This document shows, one piece after another, positions 28,131-39,400 of a stretch of DNA of 48,665 nt. The stretch lies in sequence record DRR723986_6729, one strand, 5' to 3'. Numbering within the stretch: position 1 is the stretch's first letter; the number at the start of each line of letters is the position of its first letter. Below the pieces are notes generated by a model, which did not search any database, was not told where the DNA came from, and was given only the letters and a program-made list of their open reading frames with translations. The translations under genes and the position numbers were made by a program.

Positions 28131-29465
28131 ATGAAACTTTGGCAAAAAGAAACAGGAAGCAAAAAGGAAGTGGAATCCTTCACTATTGGCCGCGATCCTG
28201 AATTTGATATACTTTTGGCACCTTTTGATGTTCTTGGATCTATGGCTCATGCCGAGATGCTGTCTACGATTGGTCTTTTGACCGCTGAGGAAAATGAAAT
28301 TCTGCAGCGTGGACTGAAAGACATATTCTTCGAAATTGAAAAAGGTCAGTTTGAAATAGCACCAGGTGTAGAAGATGTTCATTCTCAGGTGGAATTTCTA
28401 CTTACTGAACGTTTTGGGGATGTTGGTAAGAAACTTCATAGTGGAAGAAGCCGAAATGATCAGGTTCTTGTAGATCTAAAACTCTATTACCGGGCAGCTA
28501 TCCAAGGAGTAGTGGAAGAAAGTATTGAGCTTTTTGATTTATTGATAAAGCTAGCGGAAAAGCATAAGGGCGATCTGATGCCAGGTTATACTCATACGCA
28601 ACTTGCGATGCCTTCCTCTTTCGGACTTTGGTTTAGTTCTTTTGCCGAAGGCTTATCAGAAGATTTGGGTTTGCTGAAAGCTGCTTATGATCTGGCTAAT
28701 AAAAACCCGCTGGGTTCTGCCGCAGGATATGGTTCCAGTTTTCCATTGAATAGAACAATGACAACGAAGCTGTTAGGTTTTGCTGATCTTCACCACAACG
28801 TGCTCAATGCCCAAAATAGTAGAGGAAAAACTGAGCGCACATTGTCTTTTGCAATGGCTGGAATGGCTGGCACACTGAATAGAATGGCTTCTGATGTATG
28901 TATTTTCATGAATCAGCATTTTGCCTTCATAAAATTCCCGGATGATTTGACTACTGGTAGTAGTATCATGCCTCATAAAAAGAATCCTGATGTTTTTGAG
29001 TTGATACGGGCAAAAACGAATCAGATTCAGTTAGTTCCAAATGCTGTCTCAATGATACTTACAAATACTACTACAGGGTATCACAGAGATTTACAATTGC
29101 TCAAAGAAGAAATATTTCCTGCTTTGGAAAACCTTAAAGCCTGCCTGGGTATGACAACCTTTATGCTCAAATCTATTCAAATTAAAGAGAACATTCTTGC
29201 AGATCCTTTTTATAAACATCTATTCTCAGTAGAAGTAGTTAATGATTTGGTGTTGAAAGGAATGCCTTTTAGAGACGCTTACAAGCAAGTGGGCTTGGAT
29301 ATAGAATCAGATAATTTTGCCCCAGACCAAACCAAGTTGAATCACTCTCATGAAGGAAGTATTGGAAATTTGAACCTTCAAGAAATCGAGACAAAAATGA
29401 AAATGGCAGTGGAACAGTTTAATTTCAATTCCGTTCAGCAAACCATCGAAAATCTTTTAAAATAA
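28131..29465 (+). CDS. argH: Argininosuccinate lyase
   Basis: HSGRSRNDQV, PGYTH, GSSIMPHKKNPD. Confidence 0.97.
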   Translation: MKLWQKETGSKKEVESFTIGRDPEFDILLAPFDVLGSMAHAEMLSTIGLLTAEENEILQRGLKDIFFEIEKGQFEIAPGVEDVHSQVEFLLTERFGDVGKKLHSGRSRNDQVLVDLKLYYRAAIQGVVEESIELFDLLIKLAEKHKGDLMPGYTHTQLAMPSSFGLWFSSFAEGLSEDLGLLKAAYDLANKNPLGSAAGYGSSFPLNRTMTTKLLGFADLHHNVLNAQNSRGKTERTLSFAMAGMAGTLNRMASDVCIFMNQHFAFIKFPDDLTTGSSIMPHKKNPDVFELIRAKTNQIQLVPNAVSMILTNTTTGYHRDLQLLKEEIFPALENLKACLGMTTFMLKSIQIKENILADPFYKHLFSVEVVNDLVLKGMPFRDAYKQVGLDIESDNFAPDQTKLNHSHEGSIGNLNLQEIETKMKMAVEQFNFNSVQQTIENLLK

Positions 29466-29575
29466 GTCTTTTGACAGTTTTTATATGATAAATTAGAATG
29501 AATCGATACAATAATTTATTTTTAGGCGAAGTATAGAACAAAATTCTTTTTCCAGATACCCACAAACCCTATAAA

Positions 29576-31117
29576 ATGAATAACCTTTTTGGTAGTAATC
29601 TCAAATATGATTTGAAAGCCAGTTTAGTGGTTTTCTTGGTCGCTTTGCCACTTTGTTTGGGGATTGCTGTTGCAAGTGGTGCTCCACCAATGTCAGGTCT
29701 AATTGCTGGCATAGTCGGGGGAATAGTGATAGGGAGTCTTTCTGGTTCTAATGTAAGCGTGAGTGGTCCTGCCGCAGGATTGACAGTAATCGTACTTGAT
29801 TCTATCAACAGCATGGGTAGCCTACCACTCTTTCTTGGCACACTCGTAATAGCAGGATTAATTCAGGTTGGACTAGGACTAGCAAAAGCGGGGGTAATTG
29901 GCTATTACTTTCCACACTCTGTAATCAAAGGAATGCTTACTGCAATAGGTTTAATTTTGATTTTAAAGCAGATCCCGCATGCTCTTGGCTACGATGTGGA
30001 TTTGATGGGAGATCAAGCGTTTTTACAAGCAGATGATCACAATACATTTTCTGAGATTTGGTATGCTTTCAAATACAGTAGCTTCGGAGCTATCCCTATT
30101 GTATTAGTAGGTTTAGCAATTTTAATTGCTTTCGAGAAACCAAAACTTAAAAATCATAAAATTTTCGGCATTGTTCCTGGAGCATTATGGGCAGTTATCT
30201 CCGGAATAATAATAAATTATTTGTATGGCATTTGGAAGCCTGAATGGCAATTAGGCGGAGAGCATTTAGTGAGTATTCCTGTGTTAAACGATTTAGGAGA
30301 AATTGGTAATTTGCTTACATTTCCTGATTTCTCAATGATAGGCGAAAGCACCTTTTGGATAGTGGCTTTGACCATTGCAATAATAGGAAGCCTTGAAACT
30401 CTCCTCAGTATAGATGCTGCTGATAAGCTTGATCCAATGAAAAGAACCAGTCCGCCTAGCCAAGAATTATTTGCACAGGGTGTCGGAAACACTGTTTCGG
30501 GATTAATTGGAGGTTTACCAATCACTGCAGTAATTGTAAGGAGTTCAGCTAACATCGCTACTGGAGCAAAAACCAAGTTATCTGCAATCTTGCATGGTGT
30601 ATTGTTAATGATTTTAGTATTAGCCATACCTACAACTTTAAATTTGATCCCGCTGAGCTGTTTGGCAGCTGTCTTATTTGTCGTAGGATACAAACTCGCC
30701 AAGCCAGCTATATTTATAAATATCTATAGAAATGGCTTGGATCAATTTATTCCATTTATCGTAACTGTCGTTGCTATTTTATTTACTGACCTTTTGGTGG
30801 GAATTGGTATAGGGATGGTCTTTGGGTTGTTTTTCGTAGTGAAGACAAATTTCATTCGCGCTGTAACCTTGACCGAGTTGAATGGTAACTATTTACTAAA
30901 GCTTCAAAAAGACGTGTCGTTTTTGAATAAAGCATTATTGATGAAGTTATTGGAAAGAGTCCCTTCTGGCTCCAAACTGATAATTAATGCTCAAAAATCA
31001 CAATTTATAGACCACGACATACAGGAAGTTCTAAATGACTTCATTGCCTCATGTCCAGACAAAAACATAAGTGTAACAATAGAAGGATATCAATATAAAA
31101 TTCACGAAACAATATGA
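29576..31117 (+). CDS. SulP/SLC26 family anion (bicarbonate/sulfate) transporter with a short STAS-like tail
   Basis: VALPLCLGIAVASG, VSGPAAGL, QGVGN..SG..GGLP.T.VIVRS. Confidence 0.93.
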   Translation: MNNLFGSNLKYDLKASLVVFLVALPLCLGIAVASGAPPMSGLIAGIVGGIVIGSLSGSNVSVSGPAAGLTVIVLDSINSMGSLPLFLGTLVIAGLIQVGLGLAKAGVIGYYFPHSVIKGMLTAIGLILILKQIPHALGYDVDLMGDQAFLQADDHNTFSEIWYAFKYSSFGAIPIVLVGLAILIAFEKPKLKNHKIFGIVPGALWAVISGIIINYLYGIWKPEWQLGGEHLVSIPVLNDLGEIGNLLTFPDFSMIGESTFWIVALTIAIIGSLETLLSIDAADKLDPMKRTSPPSQELFAQGVGNTVSGLIGGLPITAVIVRSSANIATGAKTKLSAILHGVLLMILVLAIPTTLNLIPLSCLAAVLFVVGYKLAKPAIFINIYRNGLDQFIPFIVTVVAILFTDLLVGIGIGMVFGLFFVVKTNFIRAVTLTELNGNYLLKLQKDVSFLNKALLMKLLERVPSGSKLIINAQKSQFIDHDIQEVLNDFIASCPDKNISVTIEGYQYKIHETI

Positions 31118-31761
31118 ACCCGTACGAAAAACTCCTAATACAAAATAAGGCATGGTCAGCAGATCAGAAGTTGGCTGATGCGAATTTTTTTGGAAGACTA
31201 GAAAAGCAGCAATCGCCTAAATTCCTTTGGATTGGATGTTCTGATAGCCGAGTTCCAGCTAATCAAATTACAGGTACAGACCCAGGTGAGATCTTTGTAC
31301 ACCGCAACATCGCTAATATGGTTGTTCATACGGATGTTAACCTACTTAGTGTATTGGAATACGCAGTTGTAGTTCTCAAAGTAGAGCACATTATTGTTTG
31401 TGGCCATTATGGTTGTGGTGGAATTGACGCCGCATTAGGGAATAAGAGCTATGGAATTATCAACAAATGGCTACTAAATATCAAGGAAGTTTATAAAACT
31501 TACCAGAAGGAGATCGATGCTATTGAAGTGCATGAGGATAAAGTGAATAAATTAGTAGAGTTGAATGTGATCGAACAATGCCAAGATTTAATCAAAACAT
31601 CTACTATTCAGAAAGCTTGGAAATCAAGAAATGCACCAACAATCCATGGATGGGCCTATGGTCTAAAAGATGGTTTGGTAAATGAACTAGTCAATATCGA
31701 ACCTGATCTTAACAGTATCAATCCAATCTTTAGATTTGACGCTGAGGAATTAGATAAATAA
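31114..31761 (+). CDS. can: Beta-class carbonic anhydrase
   Basis: WIGCSDSRV, FVHRNIAN, CGHYGCGG. Confidence 0.95.
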   Translation: MNPYEKLLIQNKAWSADQKLADANFFGRLEKQQSPKFLWIGCSDSRVPANQITGTDPGEIFVHRNIANMVVHTDVNLLSVLEYAVVVLKVEHIIVCGHYGCGGIDAALGNKSYGIINKWLLNIKEVYKTYQKEIDAIEVHEDKVNKLVELNVIEQCQDLIKTSTIQKAWKSRNAPTIHGWAYGLKDGLVNELVNIEPDLNSINPIFRFDAEELDK

Positions 31762-31775
31762 ACTTCAGGTTTTTT

Positions 31776-31827
31776 GGTCAGCGAAAGAGAAAAAATTTTG
31801 ATTTCTTAATCGCTGACCCTTTATTTG
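31776..31827 (+). terminator. Hairpin after can, overlapping the probable met promoter
   Basis: GGTCAGCGA...TCGCTGACC stem followed by CTTTATTTG. Confidence 0.4.
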
Positions 31828-31856
31828 CATCATCCTTTCACTTTTTAAGTGCTCGG

Positions 31857-31963
31857 ATTTATAAAGAAGAGGCGAGAGACAGGCTCATTGACCCTCTGGC
31901 AACCTGGAAAGTCCAAGGTGCCAATTCCTGCCAAAAGAGCTATTCTCTTTTGGAACTATAAGT
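31857..31963 (+). ncRNA. SAM-I family riboswitch
   Basis: TTATA-AAGA...GAGAGACAGGCTC..GGCAACC..AAGGTGCCAATTCC, P4 CCAAAAGAG/CTCTTTTGG, closing TATAA; upstream of metY-metX. Confidence 0.88.
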
Positions 31964-31973
31964 TCATATCACA

Positions 31974-32051
31974 ATGCACTCAGGATACTCCCCACAAATT
32001 TCTATTTCAACGTTAACCTTGATAAAGCGCTTAGCTTTATTTATGTGTTGA
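31974..32051 (+). CDS. Putative 25-aa leader peptide ending in Met-Cys
   Basis: MHSGYSPQISISTLTLIKRLALFMC*; ATG lies 10 nt after the riboswitch P1, with A at -3. Confidence 0.45.
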   Translation: MHSGYSPQISISTLTLIKRLALFMC

Positions 32052-32119
32052 CTCATTTTCGCCAATTTCGAAATATTTCGATGTTGGCATTTTAATGTAC
32101 ATAATTTTTCAAACCATAA

Positions 32120-33436
<1,317 letters not shown>

Positions 33437-33444
33437 ACCAACAA

Positions 33445-34500
33445 ATGAATCTTAAAAGTCAGTACGCTTCGATTACCATGACCCAGGAAATATTTCATTC
33501 TAGTTTGCCTCTACATCTGGAATCAGGAGAAGTTCTCCCAGAATTTGATCTTGGCTATACCACTTATGGCCAGTTAAATTCTGAAAAATCAAATGTAATT
33601 TGGGTTATACATGCGCTTACTGGAGATTCAAATGCTTCAGAATGGTGGAATGGTTTGATAGGAGAAGATAAATTCTTTGATCCGGCAAATCATTTTATAA
33701 TCTGTGCAAATCTCCTAGGATCTTGCTATGGCTCTACTCAGCCGTTCAGTGAGAATCCCAAAACTAGTAAGCCCTATTATTACGATTTTCCTCAGATGAC
33801 CACGCGGGACATGGCGCAAGGTCTGGAACGCTTAAGGATTCATTTGAAAATAGACACCATTCATAGCCTTATCGGCGGGTCTTTAGGCGGTCAAGTTGGA
33901 CTGGAATGGGCTTATGAATTAGGTACCAAGCTTAAGAATGCAATTATTCTTGCGTCTACCTCCAAATCTAGACCTTGGGTGGTAGGCTTCAATGAAACCC
34001 AGCGTATGGCGATAGAATCAGATTGCACTTGGGGTGAATGTAAAGAAGATGCTGGGCAAAAAGGGTTGGAAACGGCAAGAGCTATCGCAATGCTTACTTA
34101 TAGACATCCAAATGATTTGGCTACAAAGCAGGCAGATCCAGAAAATAAATTAGATAATTTTCGAGCCTCTTCATATCTCCGTTACCAAGGTCAAAAGTTA
34201 GCTAAGCGTTTTAACGCACTCTCCTACTGGACTCTGAGCAAAACCATGGATTCCCATGATTTGGGTAGAAACCGTGGTGGCTTGGAGCAGGCTCTGGGCA
34301 ATATTGAAGCTAATGTATTGGCAATTGGAGTTGACTCTGACTTGCTTTTTCTACCAGAGGAATCACAATACATCAGTCAAAAGGTGAAAAAAGGTACATA
34401 CAAGGAAATCACCTCAACAGCTGGTCACGATGCTTTTCTGATTGAATTTGAACAACTTTCTTATATTCTGAAGTCGTTTTATCTGCAGCAGAAGAATTAA
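33445..34500 (+). CDS. metX: Homoserine O-acetyltransferase (MetX fold)
   Basis: HALTGDS, GGSLGG, GVDSDLLF, GHDAFLIE. Confidence 0.93.
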   Translation: MNLKSQYASITMTQEIFHSSLPLHLESGEVLPEFDLGYTTYGQLNSEKSNVIWVIHALTGDSNASEWWNGLIGEDKFFDPANHFIICANLLGSCYGSTQPFSENPKTSKPYYYDFPQMTTRDMAQGLERLRIHLKIDTIHSLIGGSLGGQVGLEWAYELGTKLKNAIILASTSKSRPWVVGFNETQRMAIESDCTWGECKEDAGQKGLETARAIAMLTYRHPNDLATKQADPENKLDNFRASSYLRYQGQKLAKRFNALSYWTLSKTMDSHDLGRNRGGLEQALGNIEANVLAIGVDSDLLFLPEESQYISQKVKKGTYKEITSTAGHDAFLIEFEQLSYILKSFYLQQKN

Positions 34501-34515
34501 TAGGATTAAGTAATT

Positions 34516-34557
34516 AGTAAAAAAATAAGGCAGAAATCTCTGCCTTATTTTTTTACT
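34516..34557. terminator. Bidirectional terminator overlapping the DUF2147 stop codon
   Basis: AGTAAAAAAATAAGGCAGA-aatc-TCTGCCTTATTTTTTTACT perfect inverted repeat. Confidence 0.85.
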
Positions 34558-34988
34558 CTATTCCATTCTACAGTTCGACTCACCCAGGAATCTCCTAAGA
34601 ATCCTTTGACTTCAAGAATATCTTTCTTTTTAAGCTGTAGTTCACAAGTATAGCTCAATCCTGATTCTGGATCATATATTTCGCCTTCAGACCATATTCC
34701 ATTTTTATATTTTAAGCCCTTCAAAATCGTGAGTCCCATCAGAGGCCGATTTCTTAGGCTAGTGTCAGAATTTACTATATCAGTAAATGGTTCCGGATTT
34801 CCCTCTTCATGTTGGATCCAAACCAGTTTACCAATCATTTCATTTTCATTTTCCATAATTTCAATCTGAGCTGTCTTTTCAGTATTGAACCACACTCCTA
34901 TTATTTTTGATTTGGATTGACCGCGTACACTTTCGTTTCCTAAAAGGATTAATAAAACGATCATTGAAGCGTATTGACAAGTTTTCAT
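34545..34988 (-). CDS. DUF2147 domain secreted protein
   Basis: GVW, D..N.D..LR.RPL.G, G.IYDPESG..Y, L.VKG..G....R..W.R. Confidence 0.9.
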   Translation of the reverse strand: MKTCQYASMIVLLILLGNESVRGQSKSKIIGVWFNTEKTAQIEIMENENEMIGKLVWIQHEEGNPEPFTDIVNSDTSLRNRPLMGLTILKGLKYKNGIWSEGEIYDPESGLSYTCELQLKKKDILEVKGFLGDSWVSRTVEWNRVKK

Positions 34989-35068
34989 AAAAAATTGGTT
35001 TGGTAAACTTATAATTGAGCTAGTTTTGAATTTATCCAGTTATACCCTAAAACCATACCCAAGTATTC

Positions 35069-35725
35069 ATGCATCCGAGTATTTCCTTTTCTGGTACTGT
35101 CCTTCATTTACTACCTGGGAAAGCAATTTGGATTGAGGAGAGCTCAACTTTACTCATTGCAGATGTTCATTTTGGCAAAGCCTCTCATTTTCGTAAATCG
35201 GGGATTCCTATACCAGAACCAGTTCATATAAATGATTTACAGGGGATTAAGATGCTAATTGAAAAGTATTCTCCAACTGATTTTTACATTTTAGGTGATT
35301 TATTTCACAGTGAGTGGAATGAGCAATGGGATCTGTTAACCAACTTTCTTTCAAATTTTTCAGAAACTAATTTTCATCTGATTAAAGGAAATCATGATGT
35401 TCTTTCACCAATTGCTTACAGACAATCCTTATTTAAGATTCACGAAAAACCAGTCGATCTGGGGAATTTATTTCTCACACACGAACCTGCTGCTCAAATC
35501 CCAGAAGGCAAATTAAACCTCTGCGGACACATACACCCTGGAGTCCTCCTACGTGGAAAGGGAAGACAGTCGATCAGAATCTCTTGTTTTCATTTGAGTG
35601 AAAATCAACTAATACTTCCGGCATTTGGTAGCTTCACAGGTCTTGCTTTAGTGAAGAGAAAGCCAAAAGATCAAATTTTTGGAATAAGTGGAGAAAAAGT
35701 GATTAAAATCCTTTCTCGCGAATAG
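35069..35725 (+). CDS. pdeM: Ligase-associated DNA damage response metallophosphoesterase/endonuclease PdeM
   Basis: ADVHFGKASHFRKSGIPIP, LGDLFHS, GNHD, GHIHPG, LPAFGSFTG. Confidence 0.85.
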   Translation: MHPSISFSGTVLHLLPGKAIWIEESSTLLIADVHFGKASHFRKSGIPIPEPVHINDLQGIKMLIEKYSPTDFYILGDLFHSEWNEQWDLLTNFLSNFSETNFHLIKGNHDVLSPIAYRQSLFKIHEKPVDLGNLFLTHEPAAQIPEGKLNLCGHIHPGVLLRGKGRQSIRISCFHLSENQLILPAFGSFTGLALVKRKPKDQIFGISGEKVIKILSRE

Positions 35726-35749
35726 ATTGGCAATATCCTTGGGGAAGGT

Positions 35750-35757
35750 TACTTTTG
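35750..35757 (+). promoter_or_regulatory. Bacteroidota -7 promoter element for the ftsX operon
   Basis: TACTTTTG with a TTG about 20 nt upstream. Confidence 0.5.
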
Positions 35758-35774
35758 AGCAGAAATCATAATTT

Positions 35775-36665
35775 ATGGCCAATTATCCAAGAAAGAAAAA
35801 GACACTAGGGCATTTCAAATTCGGAAGTGTTCTATTTAGCACTACCCTGTCACTTTTTATAGTAGGTCTTTTCGGAGTGATTTTGATTCAGGCAAAAACA
35901 CTGACAAGTATGATCCGAGAGAATATCGAAGTTCAGGTGTTTTTGGAGAAAAATCTGGAGCAAAAAGAACTTGATGCCATAAGCGATAACTTATCAAAAC
36001 GCTCATTTATCCTTCAAAAAGGCGATACTCTGAATTTAAAGTTTGTATCTGATGAGGAAGCTGCAGCGACATTTATTGAAAGTACGGGAGAAGACTTCAC
36101 CAAATTCTTAGAAGACAATCCACTTCGAGACAGCTTTGTGTTAACAATTGCAGAAGAATTTCAGACTTCAGAGCAATTGGAAGCTATTGTAGCAGAAATA
36201 CAGACTATTCCAGGTGTATTTGAGGTTTCTTACATGACAGATTTAGTAGATTCCATCAACAAAAACCTACTGAAAGTAAGCTTAGTAATGGGTGGTTTTA
36301 TATTGATTTTGATTATCACTGTTGTGATGTTGATCAATAATACCATACGATTAGCTTTATTTTCTCAGCGTTTCCTGATTCGCTCAATGCAATTAGTTGG
36401 AGCTACCAGAGGATTTATAAGAAAGCCATTTTTATCACGAGCATTTTTATTTGGATTGATGGCAGGAGGATTTGCATCCGTCATTTTATTTGGCTTGGTG
36501 AAATACACTCAAGCCAATATTGAAGGGTTTGCCATGCTCCAAAACCAGCAATTGTTATTAATCCTATTCGGAATTTTAATAACAGTCGGCGGAATTCTAT
36601 CTGTACTAAGTACCTTGCGAGCTGTAAATAAGTATTTAAATATGTCTTTGGACGAACTTTATTAA
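35775..36665 (+). CDS. ftsX: Cell division permease FtsX
   Basis: NPLRDS, LINNTIRL..FSQRFLIRSMQLVGAT..FIRKPF. Confidence 0.93.
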   Translation: MANYPRKKKTLGHFKFGSVLFSTTLSLFIVGLFGVILIQAKTLTSMIRENIEVQVFLEKNLEQKELDAISDNLSKRSFILQKGDTLNLKFVSDEEAAATFIESTGEDFTKFLEDNPLRDSFVLTIAEEFQTSEQLEAIVAEIQTIPGVFEVSYMTDLVDSINKNLLKVSLVMGGFILILIITVVMLINNTIRLALFSQRFLIRSMQLVGATRGFIRKPFLSRAFLFGLMAGGFASVILFGLVKYTQANIEGFAMLQNQQLLLILFGILITVGGILSVLSTLRAVNKYLNMSLDELY

Positions 36666-36669
36666 GATA

Positions 36670-36882
36670 ATGAGCAAATCATCCTTCCCATTTTCCCGCA
36701 AAAACTACAAGCTGATGTTTATCGGTATTGGATTAATAATTTTAGGATTTATAATTATTGGGCTTGATAGTGATCCTCATGGAAATGGCGTTTTAGGTTT
36801 AACCATCGGTCCAATCGTAACGCTAGCTGGATTTATTTTTGAGTTTTACGCGATTTTTGCCAAAACAGAGAGTAATAAATAA
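36670..36882 (+). CDS. DUF3098 small membrane protein
   Basis: F.RKNY.LM.IG..I.LGF; typical position between ftsX and uppP. Confidence 0.85.
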   Translation: MSKSSFPFSRKNYKLMFIGIGLIILGFIIIGLDSDPHGNGVLGLTIGPIVTLAGFIFEFYAIFAKTESNK

Positions 36883-36891
36883 AAAGTAAGC

Positions 36892-37686
36892 GTGGAAATA
36901 ATTGATGCGATTATCCTTGGAATCATTCAAGGTTTGACCGAGTTTTTGCCTGTATCCTCAAGCGGTCATTTAGAATTAGGTAAAGCAATTCTTGGAGAAA
37001 GTAAAATGCCGGCTGAAGGCCTGATGTTTACAGTTGTTGTTCATTTTGCCACCGCATTAAGTACGATTGTGGTTTTCCGAAAGGACATAGCCGAAATCCT
37101 AAAGGGATTGTTCAAATTTCAATGGAACGAGGAAACACAATTTGTATCTAAAATTGTATTATCCATGATCCCTGCTGCCATTGTCGGGGTGGTTTTCGCA
37201 GAGGAATTGGAGACTTTATTTGAGGGTCAAATTGTCTTTGTAGGTTGTATGCTTGTATTGACTGCAATACTGCTCTATTTGGCAGACAAAGCAAAATTCA
37301 CCAACCAACCGGTGACATTCGGCCAGGCACTCATAATTGGAATTTCTCAAGCTATCGCAATTCTACCTGGCATTTCCCGATCTGGAGCGACCATATCAAC
37401 ATCTGTTCTTTTGGGTATTGATAAAGGTAAAGCAGCTAGATTCTCATTCCTGATGGTTGTCCCCCTAATTTTGGGAAAAATAGCTAAGGATATTCTGGAT
37501 GGTGGACTTTCTCTGGAAACTGAAGGGATTGGGTACCTGAGTGCAGGATTTGTAGCTGCTTTTGTAGCTGGCATTATTGCTTGTACTTGGATGATTAAAT
37601 TAGTGAAAAACAGTAAACTCAGCTATTTTTCTATCTACTGCCTGATTGTAGGTGTGATAGCAATTATCGCTGGATTATATTTATAG
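36892..37686 (+). CDS. uppP: Undecaprenyl-diphosphatase
   Basis: QGLTEFLPVSSSGHL, PGISRSGATI. Confidence 0.96.
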   Translation: MEIIDAIILGIIQGLTEFLPVSSSGHLELGKAILGESKMPAEGLMFTVVVHFATALSTIVVFRKDIAEILKGLFKFQWNEETQFVSKIVLSMIPAAIVGVVFAEELETLFEGQIVFVGCMLVLTAILLYLADKAKFTNQPVTFGQALIIGISQAIAILPGISRSGATISTSVLLGIDKGKAARFSFLMVVPLILGKIAKDILDGGLSLETEGIGYLSAGFVAAFVAGIIACTWMIKLVKNSKLSYFSIYCLIVGVIAIIAGLYL

Positions 37687-37687
37687 A

Positions 37688-38377
37688 ATGCAAGACCAAC
37701 CTTACGGAGAAGTATTTTTAATAGACAAACCTATAGAATGGACCTCTTTTGATGTTGTCAGAAAAGTTCGGAATGCTCTGAAAATCAAAAAAGTGGGTCA
37801 TGCCGGCACACTTGATCCCTTGGCAACTGGTTTACTTATCGTTTGCGCAGGCAAAATGACTAAGCAAATCGATTCTTTTATGGGGCAGGAAAAGGAATAC
37901 ACCGGGACTTTTGTAATTGGGGCTACAACAGATTCATTTGATCTTGAGCAACCCATTATCCCCGTTGCAGATCCATCACACATCACCATAGATCAAGTAA
38001 AAGTTGCTGTAAAAGAACTTACAGGTGACATAATGCAAATCCCTCCTATGCACTCAGCCATTAAAGTAGATGGGAAGCGTGTATATGAATCAGCAAGGAA
38101 AGGCAAAGAAGTGAAAATGGATCCACGTCCTGTGAGTGTAAGTGTATTTGAAATTACGAAGTTTGAAAACCCCGTTGTAGAGTTTAGAATAGTTTGCTCT
38201 AAAGGGACCTATATCCGGAGTTTGGCTAGAGATCTTGGTGAGAAATTAAACGTAGGAGCATACATGAGTTCGCTTTGCAGAACCAGAATCGGTAACTTCA
38301 AGCTGTCTGAAGCACATGACCTTTTATCTTTGATAGAAGAAATCAAAGCGAGAACAACGGGAAGTGAGCCTGCCTGA
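37688..38377 (+). CDS. truB: tRNA pseudouridine(55) synthase
   Basis: KVGHAGTLDPLATG, CSKGTYIRSLARD. Confidence 0.97.
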   Translation: MQDQPYGEVFLIDKPIEWTSFDVVRKVRNALKIKKVGHAGTLDPLATGLLIVCAGKMTKQIDSFMGQEKEYTGTFVIGATTDSFDLEQPIIPVADPSHITIDQVKVAVKELTGDIMQIPPMHSAIKVDGKRVYESARKGKEVKMDPRPVSVSVFEITKFENPVVEFRIVCSKGTYIRSLARDLGEKLNVGAYMSSLCRTRIGNFKLSEAHDLLSLIEEIKARTTGSEPA

Positions 38378-38465
38378 CGTTAACAGGCGCGACGTAGAAC
38401 ATCGACGAGAGATGAATAATTAATTATTAGATACGATGTGACCCTAGGTAAATAATGATAAACTC

Positions 38466-39389
38466 ATGAAAATATATGAAGGTTTAAGTGATTTCCCGAA
38501 GCTCTCCAATGCTGTAGTAACAAGTGGGACGTTTGATGGAGTGCACCTTGGGCATCAGAAAATCCTTCACCGAATCCGGGAGTTGGCACGCTCTGTCAAC
38601 GGCGAAACTGTTCTGATTACTTTTTGGCCTCACCCTAGGCTAGTACTTTATCCTAACGAGCATAATCTTAGACTATTAAGCACATTTGAAGAGAAAGCAA
38701 AGCTGCTTCGGCAATTTGGAATTGACCATTTAGTCACAATACCTTTTACCAAAGAATTTTCCCAGCTGAGTTCTCAAGATTTTATCGAATCAGTACTTAT
38801 AAATACTATTCAAACCAAAAAACTAGTAATCGGATATGATCATAGATTTGGGAAAAACCGTGAAGGGAGCTTCGAATACCTAAAAGCTCATCATAAACAG
38901 TACGGGTTTGATTTGGAGGAAATATCAAGAAAGGATGTGGAAGACATCGGTGTTTCCAGTACTAAAATCAGACATGCCTTAGAGACTAGTGATGTAGCTA
39001 CCGCTATTAATTACTTAGGCAGACCTTATGAATTAAATGGTTTAGTAATCAAAGGACAGCAGATTGGCCGATCCATAGGCTTTCCTACTGCCAATATCCA
39101 TATACCAAATGATTACAAACTTATCCCCAAAGATGGCGTTTATGCTGTAGAGGCTTTGGTTAATGGATCACTTTACAAAGCCATGCTTAATATTGGAAAT
39201 CGACCTACAGTGAATGGAACAAAAAAAACTGTTGAAGCTAACCTTTTCGATTTTCAGGGCGATTTGTATGACAAACAAATCACTATTTATATTAAAGCAT
39301 TCCTTCGCGAAGAGAAGAAATTTGATGGATTGGAAGCTTTAAAACAACAACTTTTTCTAGATCAGAGAAATGCCAAGAACTTACTATAA
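38466..39389 (+). CDS. ribF: Bifunctional riboflavin kinase / FAD synthetase
   Basis: [34 protein letters not shown]. Confidence 0.97.
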   Translation: MKIYEGLSDFPKLSNAVVTSGTFDGVHLGHQKILHRIRELARSVNGETVLITFWPHPRLVLYPNEHNLRLLSTFEEKAKLLRQFGIDHLVTIPFTKEFSQLSSQDFIESVLINTIQTKKLVIGYDHRFGKNREGSFEYLKAHHKQYGFDLEEISRKDVEDIGVSSTKIRHALETSDVATAINYLGRPYELNGLVIKGQQIGRSIGFPTANIHIPNDYKLIPKDGVYAVEALVNGSLYKAMLNIGNRPTVNGTKKTVEANLFDFQGDLYDKQITIYIKAFLREEKKFDGLEALKQQLFLDQRNAKNLL

Positions 39390-39400
39390 ACCCAAAATAT

